Of a DNA stretch of 64,000 bases, positions 50,961-64,000 are shown piece by piece (position 1 is the stretch's first letter; the number at the start of each line of letters is the position of its first letter). Below the pieces are notes generated by a model. It did no database searches. It worked only from the letters and a program-made list of their open reading frames with translations, and had not been told where the DNA came from. The position numbers were made by a program, and so were the translations under genes. Origin of the DNA: Candidatus Latescibacterota bacterium (GTDB taxonomy: Bacteria > Latescibacterota > UBA2968 > GCA-2709665); assembly GCA_965226795.1 (NCBI GenBank), contig CBDDDZ010000005.1:1920001-1984000 (forward strand), read 5' to 3'.

Positions 50961-51024
50961 GCGTTCTCTGTGTCCATGCCCTCCTGAATAATCGTATTAT
51001 AAACAGTAACTTATATAAAATAAG

Positions 51025-51115
51025 TGGCGGATAGGGTGGGATTCGAACCCACGGTACCTGTGAGGGTACACCGGTTTTCGAGACCGGCCTGTTCAACCAG
51101 CTCCAGCACCTCTCC
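51025..51115 (-). tRNA. tRNA-Ser(CGA), second and possibly degenerate copy
   Basis: Differs from 63619-63709 at two positions (51032, 51059), giving an acceptor-stem G:A and a variable-arm C:A mismatch. Confidence 0.85.
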
Positions 51116-51190
51116 GCTCGAATACAGGGGCACGCCAGGTTTGATTGCGACTTCCGCCATCCGGCCACCGCAATCAATTCCATCGCTAAG

Positions 51191-51352
51191 TTACGGGTTT
51201 TTCTGGCGCAATTTTTGGAAGAACTGCTTCAGAATCTCTGAACAGGGCGCTTCGAGCACGCCTCGACGAACGTCGATTCGATGGTTGAGCCTCGGGTCAT
51301 CGACGACGTTCCGAAGCGAACCGCAGGCCCCGTTTTCGGGTCGTCGCCGCCG
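51191..51352 (-). pseudogene. tadA: 3' fragment of tadA (diverged duplicate of 63799-63961)
   Basis: Encodes CGSLRNVVDDPRLNHRIDVRRGVLEAPCSEILKQFF; carries a 1-nt deletion relative to the right copy and has no 5' half. Confidence 0.85.
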
Positions 51353-51424
51353 GATCTCTATTTAGTTTGATCCAGGAACCGCTGCCGGCCAGTTCACCGC
51401 TGCACAGCCGCCGCTCCCCATCCG

Positions 51425-54400
51425 TTAACCCTTCAGCATGGTCTTCACGTAACTGTCCTTGTCCTCTTCCTGAAAAAGGACGTGCCGCCTTTGCATCTCG
51501 CTCTTCTTCATGCCCCACTGTCTGCGCATCGTCGCGGACGGAGTATTCGAGACGATGAAGGATTGCAAGTGCACGGCCGGATCGCCAAGGCGTTGTTCGA
51601 TCTCCTTGATGGTCTCGTGGAACTGGATCTTGAGATCGCCTGGCCCGAGATTCCGGATCCCCTTGGGGTCCACAAAGATGACGTGCTGCTGACCCCCTGC
51701 GAGCAACCACAAGATGAAGTCGGGGTGGAAGTTGCCGGCTTCGAAGAAGCCCACACCGCGGCCCCTGCTGAGGTTTCGTAGCAGATAGAGTTCGCGGGTA
51801 GCGAAGAAGTCCGTATTACCGTCGTGGAACGCCTTCAGATCCTCAACGAACTCGCGCTCGCCCTTGTTCAGCGGTGCGGGGGTGATCTCGACGATTTTTG
51901 TGTCCAGATAGAGCAGCGGCTGGTAGAGGTGCTTGCCGAACCAGATGGCTTTCATGCCCTGGAATTCCCAAGGCTTCAGCTCACCCTTCCGGATGGCGGC
52001 TTTGAGCTCCTCGAGCTTGGCGACGATCTCTTCCTGCGACTTGTCGATCAGGATGCGGTAGTAACCCTCGTCCGGCGAATCCTTCACGCCGAGGAAGTTC
52101 GGGTCGTCGTCTTCAAGGTAACGGTATTCGAGGTGAGGAAGCTCCCACTCGCGCTTTCGGAAGGTGTAGTAGCGCTCGGTGTACTTCTTGAGCAGCGCAA
52201 CGGCGATCTCCTCCCAGAGGCGCACCTTTTCGTAGGAATCACCTACAAGTTCCTCGCGGGGGATCTGCAAGCGATACCAGCTCCGGTCTCCGAGCAGGGC
52301 CTCGACTCCCTGCCGTGTGAGATTCAGGTTGTACCAGCCGCGCTCGGCCTTGAATCGCTCCAGATCGAAGCAAATGCGGTCGAGATCGAGGAAGGCCGCA
52401 TGGCGGGGTGTCAGGTGGGTCTCGTTCGGCGCGGCATCGGCATCGCCGCCAACCAGACCGCCCGACTTCATCGCCTGGATTTTCGGATACCAGTTGAGCA
52501 CCACCTGGTTTTCCTGGAGGTAGACGGTGCTCCGATCACCGGTGGGGTCCGGCGGCCCGACGGTCGGGATGGGCGCGAGCTTGCGAAACGCGTCTCCGAA
52601 CTCGGTGCTTACGCCGTTGATCGTCTTCTTGAGCCGGATCGTCTTGAGCTTCTGCGTCCCAAGGTCCTTGATGACTGGCAGCAAAAACTCGATGCGGTCG
52701 TCGTTGGTGGGTAGTCCCTCCTCTTCGAGGAAGTCCCGGAACTGCGCCATGTAGTCGGCCTGGATGCCGAAGATGCCGAGCGTCTCCAGGACTGCGATGT
52801 GTTTGGGCCGCTCGAAACCATCGGGTAGATCCGTCTTGCCGCTACGCTTGAGGCTCAGGTCGTAGCCCTTGAGCCGAACGCCGCGTCCGAAGAGCTGGAT
52901 GATCTGCGCGCCTTCCCCCTTGCCCACGTTCATCAGGCCCATCGTCGAAACGCGCCAACTGCTCCAACCCTCTGTGAACTTCTTCGAGCCGATCAGCAGG
53001 TTCACCGTGGAGTACGGCTGGTTGATCTCGTGGAAGAGCGATCCCGAGAACTCGCTCTCGTACCTGGCAAGGCCCTTCTCGTCACAGAGTTTCACCAGTT
53101 TGACGTCGTCGCCCACGTTGATGACGCCGAAGGGTTCGTTCTCGGCGCCCAGCCGAAGGGCCACTTCGCCGGTCACGCCCTTCAGGTTCTCCACATATAG
53201 CTGGCCGCCACCGGGGGCATTGAAGACCGTCGCCAACGTCTCGTCGAAGACCTGCTCCGGCGAGAGTCCACAGGTATTGAGATAGGCGAAGCGCTTGGCG
53301 AACAGGTTCTTGCCCGTTGCGGTGACAAGGCCCTGATTGAGAACCCGGTGGATGCGCTGGATGCTGCCGGCGCGTTCGGCTACGTAACCGGCCAGGAACT
53401 GCAATATTTCCACGATGTCCGACGCGTCCTTCTTCGCGAGCGTCGCCGTCACGCTCCCGCCCACGAAAATCCACAGGGGCTTCTCGATGTTGAACGGCCG
53501 AAAGGAGCCTCCTTGCTCAAGGTAGAGCCTCTGTTGCTGGAAGAAAGAGAGCAGGCAGGCCACGAGATACAGGTCCAGGTGGTTCTGTTGTGTTCCCTGG
53601 TCGAGATTGAGGATCTGGTAGTCCTTGCCGAAGCCGTCCGCGTAGAAATAGCGGTACGAGTAGTCACACAGCGTGCTCTTGGCGTACAGCTCGGTGAGTC
53701 TGGGGCTGCCCTTGACCGCTTGCCCGAAGGTGGCGGAGTACTCGAAGGAGAATCCTTTTTCGCACAGCGCATTGCGAAAACGCATCCACGCGCCTTCTTC
53801 TCCTCCGCTGGCGCCGCGGTGCCCTTCATCCACCAGCACCAGGTTGTTCCCCTCGAAGGCGTCGATGGCGATGGTCCTGTCACCCATCTCGTCGCGCAGC
53901 CGGGTCACTTCGATGATCTCGACCGCCTGCCCGCTGAACAGCCCGCGGCCGTCCTTGTTGAACAGCTCTGCGTCGATGCCGGCCGCCGCGAACTCGCGCA
54001 GATGCTGCTGCGAGAGCCCTTCGTTGGGCGTAAGCAGGAGGATGTGGTTCAGCTCGCGCCGCCGGCCATGCCGGTTCAGTGCGTGCCGGTACTGCAGGAT
54101 GTTGGCGTGCATCAGCAGCGTCTTGCCGCTGCCGGTGGCCATCCAGAAGGCCAGCTTGTTGAGCTGCGGCCAAGCCTCGGCGGCTTCGTCGAACGCGGCA
54201 ATCTGGTCGGCCTCGGCCTTGTTCGCGTTGCAGGCGGCCACCTGCTTGTTCAGATCCCCGAGCAGCGCCTTGGGATCACGGAAGTAGCGGTCGAGATAAA
54301 TCTCGCTGAAGAGCAGCGTCAGGTACTGGAAGTACTTCCAGACGATCGGCTCCTCGCCACGGGTGATCCGCCGTTCGTTCAACCGTTGCGTGTGCCTGAC

Positions 54401-54654
54401 TATGTTCTGGTCGTACTCCAGCAGCAGCTCGGTAGGCAGCCGCGTCAGGTTGAAAAGCTGTGCCGTGAGCGCGTGGTGGAAGTGGTGGATGTTGTTCTCG
54501 TCGAGCCCTTCCAGCGCCTCGTTGCGCAGATGCTCGGCCAAGTCCTCGAAACGCTCCACGTTGAAGAGCGAGAGCAGCCACTGGTTGAGCACCAGCTTGT
54601 GGGCGAACGCCACCTGCGGTTTCTTGGACGTGGCTTTAGCCCTCGTCTTCGCCA

Positions 54655-54658
<4 letters not shown>
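51425..54658 (-). CDS. Type III restriction subunit (Res), SF2 helicase plus nuclease
   Basis: [25 protein letters not shown] and C-terminal FHPDFILW...FVDPKG; overlaps the Mod stop. Confidence 0.9.
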
Positions 54659-57954
<3,296 letters not shown>

Positions 57955-57979
57955 AAGATGTCTTCCTTGTTGACGAAAT

Positions 57980-60211
57980 TCATATGCGGGCGAGCACCTG
58001 TTCGAACCACAGGATGGCCGCCTCGCCCTCTTTTCGCGTAACCTCGTCGACAGATCGACTGTGGCGTATGCCGTTTCGGAGTTCTGCCAACTGGCCGAAC
58101 TTCGCAGACAGCGTCTCCTTATTCACGAATCTCTTCTCGAAATCGTGCCAGAGACTCTTGCTGAGGATGGTATCCTGTAACTCACGCAGATCACAGTACT
58201 CAAGACGTCGGCTCAGTTGCCTGTACTGATCGAGTTCGATGTTGGCGTTCTTCCTTGCAGCAGTCTGGATGCGTTCATCAGCTTTCTGAAGCACGTGCGG
58301 CGGAAGCCGCCCAGCATCGTCTTCGAGTGTTGCGATCACTTGTTCGCGGACAGCGAGCTCAATACCCTCGACCCGTTCGTCCAACTCGCGTAACTGGGGC
58401 GACAGATCGATCCTCTCCTTGATCAGCAGGTTCTCGATCGCCTCCAATAACGTACGCTGGCGCTCGGCAATGAAGGCCTCGTAGTCGTCGGAAGTGAACG
58501 GCTTGCGCAACAGTACGTCCAGGGCCGCCGGTGAGATGAAGTGCGACTCGAGCACGCTGCGCATGGCGTTCGCTCCACTCTGCTCGATCAGCTCCGGCAA
58601 ATATTCGTTCGGGAACCGGTCGCGAATGACCTGTCGATTCGTCTCGGCAGTGAGCGGTGTGCGGTTCAGAATGGAGTGGATCAATCCATCAATTCCGAGT
58701 TCTCTCGCCATCGATGCCGGAATGATGTGATGATCGTCCAGATCATCGTGTTGAGGCACATTTCCGCTCATCCAGTCACGCGCGCCTTGAATAACCAACA
58801 GATTGAAGATGCCGTTATAGACCGACGTGCCGCGCCTGACTTCACGGCGAAGCTCTAAACTCCTGAAGCGCATTCCAAATTCCTGGATCAGCCCAGGTTC
58901 GCTCGCGTCGTCATCCATCCAGGCCTTCAGGTCCAGGAAGTCCCGGGCCGCGGTCGACTCGACAGAACCCGAGTAGCGGTTCAGGAATACCGAGGCCCAG
59001 TACCAATGCCGAATCTTCCGTTGCGCTTGAAGCCTTTGGTTGGGGGGCAAGCCTCTGATGTGGTGTTGGATGGCAGAAAACGCCGGGATGATCGAAACGT
59101 AAGGGAGATAGTTCGAAGAGATCGCCCCGAACTCCTGAGGATGCCGTAAGAGCTTGATCGCACTCTCAATTGCATCGACGGCATCGTTCCAACGATGCGT
59201 GAATGCCGTCGTGTCAGGAACGAGGACTTCCTTGTGGCGTGTCCCATCGGGATCTCGAATCGGTTTCTCCTGTCCGGGAAGAAGGAAGTAGAGGTACTTT
59301 GGCGAGCAGTACCCTTGCCTGAGAATCGACATCACCTGCAAAATGTAGACGTTCATCTTGTTCGAGTCGACGAACTCGAGGCGGGCGGCAGCGTCACGCC
59401 ACATCTGCTTCAACTGCACGCCCTTCGGTCTGAGCAACGCGTTGATGAGGTCGAAGGTGTCGAGCTGAACACCTTTGCTGTTGATTTGCGTGAAAATATC
59501 ACAGACCTTGTCGATACCAAGTTGCTGATCGAGTTCAATATACGAAATCTGGTACTGATCTGTCAGGCCCTTGACGTGCTCGCCAAACGTAGAGCCATTT
59601 TCGGCATACAGAACTGCTTGCTCATATTGGCTCTCCTTGCCGGCTTGCTTGGCCTCGTCCGCAGCCTCGTTCCAGTGCTTTTTGTATCCGTCCACCCACT
59701 CATAGAACGACCACCCGCCGTCGCCGACGACAGCCAACGGAAAGATATGCTCCGCATACTGCTGCTCACGATTGGTGATGAGTTGTGTCCAGCGCTTCGA
59801 CCAATCGTATTCGAACGCGTTGTCGTACTCCTCCGCCATGAAACGGTCGATGCGGACGAAGTAATAGTACCGATTCACGCGTGTGGGCAGTGGGATGTCA
59901 GGCGCCAGAAACGCGTAGTACATGGCGGTAAGTCGCTGCTGTCCGTCCAGCACGATGTACTCGGGTTTTTTTGAACCCTCGTAGCCGTAGACTGGTTCGC
60001 AGGACAGTGCGGCAAAGTTCTCATCCTTGCCCTTCCAGAGCAGCAGGCTCCCAATGTAGTAGTCGAGGAATATCGAGCGCATGAGGTCGCGAACGTCCCA
60101 TGGTTTCCACTCGAACTCGCGCTGAAAGTCGGGAATGACGAAGCGCCCCTCCCGCAAGTGTCCAATTAGCGTGTTTAGGCTGACGTGGTCAGGTTTCTGT
60201 GCATCTTTCAT
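57980..60211 (-). CDS. DUF262 (GmrSD-like) + HNH-like + C-terminal HEPN protein
   Basis: [33 protein letters not shown]...N.......N; helical C-terminus with LRNGIRH (RxxxxH). Confidence 0.85.
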   Translation of the reverse strand: MKDAQKPDHVSLNTLIGHLREGRFVIPDFQREFEWKPWDVRDLMRSIFLDYYIGSLLLWKGKDENFAALSCEPVYGYEGSKKPEYIVLDGQQRLTAMYYAFLAPDIPLPTRVNRYYYFVRIDRFMAEEYDNAFEYDWSKRWTQLITNREQQYAEHIFPLAVVGDGGWSFYEWVDGYKKHWNEAADEAKQAGKESQYEQAVLYAENGSTFGEHVKGLTDQYQISYIELDQQLGIDKVCDIFTQINSKGVQLDTFDLINALLRPKGVQLKQMWRDAAARLEFVDSNKMNVYILQVMSILRQGYCSPKYLYFLLPGQEKPIRDPDGTRHKEVLVPDTTAFTHRWNDAVDAIESAIKLLRHPQEFGAISSNYLPYVSIIPAFSAIQHHIRGLPPNQRLQAQRKIRHWYWASVFLNRYSGSVESTAARDFLDLKAWMDDDASEPGLIQEFGMRFRSLELRREVRRGTSVYNGIFNLLVIQGARDWMSGNVPQHDDLDDHHIIPASMARELGIDGLIHSILNRTPLTAETNRQVIRDRFPNEYLPELIEQSGANAMRSVLESHFISPAALDVLLRKPFTSDDYEAFIAERQRTLLEAIENLLIKERIDLSPQLRELDERVEGIELAVREQVIATLEDDAGRLPPHVLQKADERIQTAARKNANIELDQYRQLSRRLEYCDLRELQDTILSKSLWHDFEKRFVNKETLSAKFGQLAELRNGIRHSRSVDEVTRKEGEAAILWFEQVLARI

Positions 60212-60227
60212 ATGATCGTTCTCCAGT

Positions 60228-63146
60228 TCACGTCACCGCCCAGCGGATGGTGAAGAGTGCCTCCGCCTCTATTCGCTGTGCCAGCCGGCGCTCCAGCGAG
60301 TCGATGAGTTGGTCGCGCTTCTCGATGATCTGGTCCTCGGCCTTGAAGATCTCCTGGCGCTGGCGGCGTTGCTGGCGCTCGAGCTTCTGGATCTTCTCCT
60401 GAATCTCGTGCTGCTCGGCGAGCGTGGCCGCCTGCCGCGCCTGACGGCGCAAAGCCTTGATCTGCTCCTTGGTGTCCAGGAGCGCCTTCTCCGCGGAGAG
60501 CACCATGTCGTCAGCCCACCTTTCGAGCTTCTCGCGCGCCTCGTTGAAATGCGTGTTGTTCTGCTCCAGCGAGCGCGTGACCGTGGCCCGCGTGTGGCGC
60601 TGGGAGTCGCCGTCGAGACGTTGCGTCACCGCAGTCGAGATCGTGCCTGCGCCGTCGCCGTCATCGGCGATTCGGCCTGCACAACCGAACAGCTTCTCCA
60701 TCGTCTCCTGGTCGAGCGGCACTCCGGCCTCATCGAAACCGGAGAAAAGCAGGTACTCCTCCCGCTCATAGGAGTCGATCATAAGGCGAGTCAGCCTCAG
60801 ATAACCGGCTTTCCCGCGCAGTGCCTCGATCACGTGGAGACGCGTCGGATGGCTGGTCACGTCGAAGACGATTCGCTCGGGCGGGGTGGAAAGCGCTTTT
60901 GCACCGTCCACGACATGCTCGCCGAGCGGGTGCGCCAAGCGATACAGGAAGACACCCTGGGTCTCGTCGCCGTCCTCATCGGCGCCTGTTCCAGACTTGG
61001 GATGTGACTTCGAGATCAAGTGGTATCGCCCTTTGAGGATCTCGGGACGGGGCGGGAGCTCCAGATCGAAGGCCAGCGCCGCGTCGTCGAACCGTGCCCG
61101 CCCATCGAGCATGAAGCGCGTGAGCGACCAGAACCGCCTACCCACGCGGTCGAGCTGGGCCTGGGCGTCGGCAAGCTGGAGGCGGAGCCGCTGGTGCACG
61201 TCCTCGTCGAAGTGCTCGAAGAGCGTGCGACGGGTGTCGTCGAGCCGCGTTCGGATCTGCTCGTCCATCTCGGCTTGCAGCGTGCGGAAGGCGGCGTCGA
61301 TCTCTTCGGGTGTGCGGCACTGCTGGTAGATGCCCAGGATGCGCTTTTCGAAATCGACACCCGATTCGATGCTGCCGAGCACCTCGTCCGAAGCGCCGAA
61401 AACACCGTTGAAGAGGCTGAACTTCTCGGTTAGAAGCTCCAGGACGCGGCGGTCGGCGTCGTTGCGTTCATTCAGGAAGTTGATCACGACCACGTCGTGC
61501 TTCTGTCCGTAGCGGTGGCACCGGCCGATGCGCTGCTCGATGCGCTGCGGGTTCCAGGGAAGGTCGTAGTTCACGACGAGCGAGCAGAACTGGAGGTTGA
61601 TGCCTTCCGCCGCCGCCTCGGTAGCGAGCAGGATAATTGCCTCGTCCCGGAAGTGCTCGATGAGCGCCGTGCGTACGTCCACCGCCCGCGAGCCTGAGGC
61701 ACGGCCGGTGTCGCGGTTCTCTTCTGCCCAGCGCTGGTAGATCGCGCTGGCCTCCGGCCCACCATTCGTGCCGTTGAAGAGGACGACCTGCCCCCGGTAG
61801 CCATGCGATTCGAGGAAGCCCTTCAGGTACTCCTGGGTCCGACGCGACTCGGTGAAGATCAGCGCCTTGCGCGCGGCGCCCGTCGTGACCATCTGCTCGA
61901 AACCGATCTCCAGCGCCTTGAGCAATGCCTGGGTCTTGGTGTCGATGCCGATGGCGCGCGCCCAAGTGGCGAGACGCTGGAGGACGCCGATCTCCTCTCG
62001 CAGCTTCTGCCGGTCTACGGCGACCGGATGCGCGGGGGGCTGGTCAGCGTCCTCGCTCTCCACGAGGATCTCGTCGAGCAGATCGTCCTCGATTTCCTCG
62101 GCCTCGATGAGTTGCTCCGGGAACTCGGGATCGCTGCTCGCCTGTTCGTCATGCAGCGTCTCGAGGCGTGCCCTCAACGTGTCGAGTGTGGCAGCAATGG
62201 CCTGCGACGACGAGGCGAGCAACTTCCGTAGAATCAAGGCTGTGAGATGCCTCTGCCTCTGGGGGAGTGCGTAACTGTCCTCTCGCTGAAGAAAGCCGGA
62301 AACCGCCTCGTAAAGCGCGTGTTCCTCGTCCGTCGGCTTGAATGGCCGCGTGATCGGGCGCCGCTCCGTGTACCGGATGTACTCCATCACTTCGTTGCGG
62401 AGGGTACGCTTACAAAAGACCGAAAGCCGCTGCTGTAGGGCTTCCAGGTTGCTGCCTGCACTGGCGTACTGAGACCGGAACGAGTTGACATCGCCAAAGA
62501 GACGCTCGTCGATGAGCGTCGAGAGGCCGTACAGCTCAAGGAGTGAGTTCTGCAGCGGCGTCGCGGTCAGAAGCAGTTTGCGACAGTCCTCCGTGGCCCA
62601 GCGGATTCCCTGACCAACCTTGTTCCTCGGACGGTACGCGTTGCGCAGCTTGTGGGCTTCGTCGATGACGACGAGGTCCCAGGCAATCGTCTTGAGTTCC
62701 TCACGCAGGCGGTTCGCATAGTGGTGCGACATAACGACGACGGCATTTGCGCCAAGCGGTGTTTGGCCGCTTCGCCTGGCTTCGCGATAGACCTTCGCGT
62801 CGAGCACCTGCACGGGCAGATTGAACTTCTCCTCCAACTCCAGCGCCCACTGCTTGCGGATGGAAGCCGGGCAGATCACCAGCAGACGGCGCTTGCGTTC
62901 CGCCCAGAACTGACACAGCACAATTCCCGCCTCGATCGTCTTCCCGAGGCCGACCTCGTCGGCCAGGATAACGCCCTTGGAGAGGGGCGATTGCAGGGCG
63001 AAGAGGGCTGCCTCGATCTGATGCGGGTTCAGGTCGACGGCCGCGTCGAATAGCGCCATCGACAGGCGGTCCATTCCGCTGGCGGCACGACGCGTCAGAT
63101 CGTGAGCGAAATACTTCGCGTGGTGAGGGGTGAGCGTCAACTGCAT
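60228..63146 (-). CDS. SNF2-family helicase
   Basis: LNPHQ, ADEVGLGKT, DEAH, LTATPLQN, EGINLQ, DLPWNPQRIEQRIGRCHRYGQ and a coiled-coil tail. Confidence 0.92.
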   Translation of the reverse strand: MQLTLTPHHAKYFAHDLTRRAASGMDRLSMALFDAAVDLNPHQIEAALFALQSPLSKGVILADEVGLGKTIEAGIVLCQFWAERKRRLLVICPASIRKQWALELEEKFNLPVQVLDAKVYREARRSGQTPLGANAVVVMSHHYANRLREELKTIAWDLVVIDEAHKLRNAYRPRNKVGQGIRWATEDCRKLLLTATPLQNSLLELYGLSTLIDERLFGDVNSFRSQYASAGSNLEALQQRLSVFCKRTLRNEVMEYIRYTERRPITRPFKPTDEEHALYEAVSGFLQREDSYALPQRQRHLTALILRKLLASSSQAIAATLDTLRARLETLHDEQASSDPEFPEQLIEAEEIEDDLLDEILVESEDADQPPAHPVAVDRQKLREEIGVLQRLATWARAIGIDTKTQALLKALEIGFEQMVTTGAARKALIFTESRRTQEYLKGFLESHGYRGQVVLFNGTNGGPEASAIYQRWAEENRDTGRASGSRAVDVRTALIEHFRDEAIILLATEAAAEGINLQFCSLVVNYDLPWNPQRIEQRIGRCHRYGQKHDVVVINFLNERNDADRRVLELLTEKFSLFNGVFGASDEVLGSIESGVDFEKRILGIYQQCRTPEEIDAAFRTLQAEMDEQIRTRLDDTRRTLFEHFDEDVHQRLRLQLADAQAQLDRVGRRFWSLTRFMLDGRARFDDAALAFDLELPPRPEILKGRYHLISKSHPKSGTGADEDGDETQGVFLYRLAHPLGEHVVDGAKALSTPPERIVFDVTSHPTRLHVIEALRGKAGYLRLTRLMIDSYEREEYLLFSGFDEAGVPLDQETMEKLFGCAGRIADDGDGAGTISTAVTQRLDGDSQRHTRATVTRSLEQNNTHFNEAREKLERWADDMVLSAEKALLDTKEQIKALRRQARQAATLAEQHEIQEKIQKLERQQRRQRQEIFKAEDQIIEKRDQLIDSLERRLAQRIEAEALFTIRWAVT

Positions 63147-63196
63147 GGCTGCACCCAGACGAAGTTGGCGTAGGGCGGTTTGGCGGGCATGTAGTC

Positions 63197-63446
63197 GGCC
63201 CTTATGCCGGCACGGCTGCGGTCGTTGTCGAACGTGTCCGCGTGCGCGATCTCGCCATGAAGTCGAGGATTCATCCGAAGTACAAGACCAGATATCGCGT
63301 TGGGAATTGGCGGGCGTAAAAGCGAGCGCTCGTGCAGCGCGGCGATGTAGCGCTGTGGCACTCTGGCGATGCGAAGGACGCGTGCAGACCGCCGCCGTCG
63401 GGTCACCCCGAGGGTCAGAAACGGTTCTCCGATTTCGCGATCAAGA
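63197..63446 (+). mobile_element. IS5-family (IS903-group-like) transposase remnant
   Basis: From ATG 63257 it reads MKSRIHPKYKTRYRVGNWRA*KRALVQRGDVALW...GQKRFSDFAI, with an internal stop and a truncation. Left boundary approximate. Confidence 0.75.
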
Positions 63447-63618
63447 AGATGACGAAGACCGGCCGCCGGCGGTGGAAGAAAGCGTCGGGCGAGGATGCTA
63501 CCATGAGCGGAAAGCTGAGCGAACCCGCCACGCCCGTCGGGAATTGAGCATAGAAAGGATACTGTATGATCTACGAATCCGCATAACGCGTCTAGAATGA
63601 ATACTTTGCAAGGATTAT

Positions 63619-63709
<91 letters not shown>

Positions 63710-63798
63710 GCCTCAAACGCGTTGAGCCACCGCCCCTGACACCCCTTCCGTGTTGCACATCTCACAACCCGATTTTCGCCACATGCTGAATCGCGAGG

Positions 63799-64000
63799 TT
63801 ACGACTTCTGCTGACGCAGTGTTTGAAAAAATTGCTTCAGAATCTCAGAACAGGGCGCTTCGAGCACGCCTCGGCGAACGTCGATCCGATGGTTAAGCCT
63901 CGGGTCATCGACGACGTTCCGCAGCGAACCGCAGGCGCCCGTTTTCGGGTCGTCGGCGCCGATCACCAGACGGGACACCCGAGCCAGCACGAGCGCGCCC
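63799..64000 (-). CDS. tadA: tRNA adenosine(34) deaminase, 3' part (runs off the window)
   Basis: GALVLARVSRLVIGADDPKTGACGS...RLNH...GVL...CSEILKQFF. Confidence 0.9.
   Translation of the reverse strand, partial: GALVLARVSRLVIGADDPKTGACGSLRNVVDDPRLNHRIDVRRGVLEAPCSEILKQFFQTLRQQKS

Overview
Bacterial chromosomal segment from a GC-rich diderm (it encodes outer-membrane beta-barrels). Lineage cannot be fixed from sequence alone; a GGGPS-family gene and a large Alu-type SRP RNA would fit an FCB-group or related phylum (inference). The window has three zones. (1) 1-5.8 kb, accessory and mobile debris: an Ldh-family oxidoreductase whose 3' half is duplicated around an Rpn nuclease gene, a group II intron RT fragment, and a truncated RAYT flanked by REPs. 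(2) 5.9-39 kb, regulatory, metabolic and core genes: a 1609-aa Ser/Thr kinase-ATPase-TPR-GAF-sigma54 activator followed by an apparent complete sigma54 enhancer promoter and an input-less activator; LutC and LutB-CCG; a BamA-like/DUF4390/NtrY/NtrX-like operon; then ahcY, metK, ptsI, ptsH, GGGPS, alaS, recX, recA, thpR, pgpA, pgsA, recR, ybaB, dnaX, SRP RNA, tRNA-Ala and tRNA-Ser. (3) 39-64 kb, two tandem defence islands at tRNA-Ser(CGA) with no integrase visible. The left island is decaying: truncated type III Res, YhcG, frameshifted Mod, Gabija-like pair with a frameshift, an unknown nuclease-like gene and IS1182. The right island is an intact-looking four-gene operon (SNF2 helicase, DUF262/HNH/HEPN, type III Mod, Res) bracketed by diverged direct repeats of tadA 3' end plus tRNA-Ser. 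The best candidates for undescribed biology are that four-gene operon, the kinase-led two-tier sigma54 cascade, and the gene following the Gabija-like pair. All family calls come from motif recognition by eye, not database searches.
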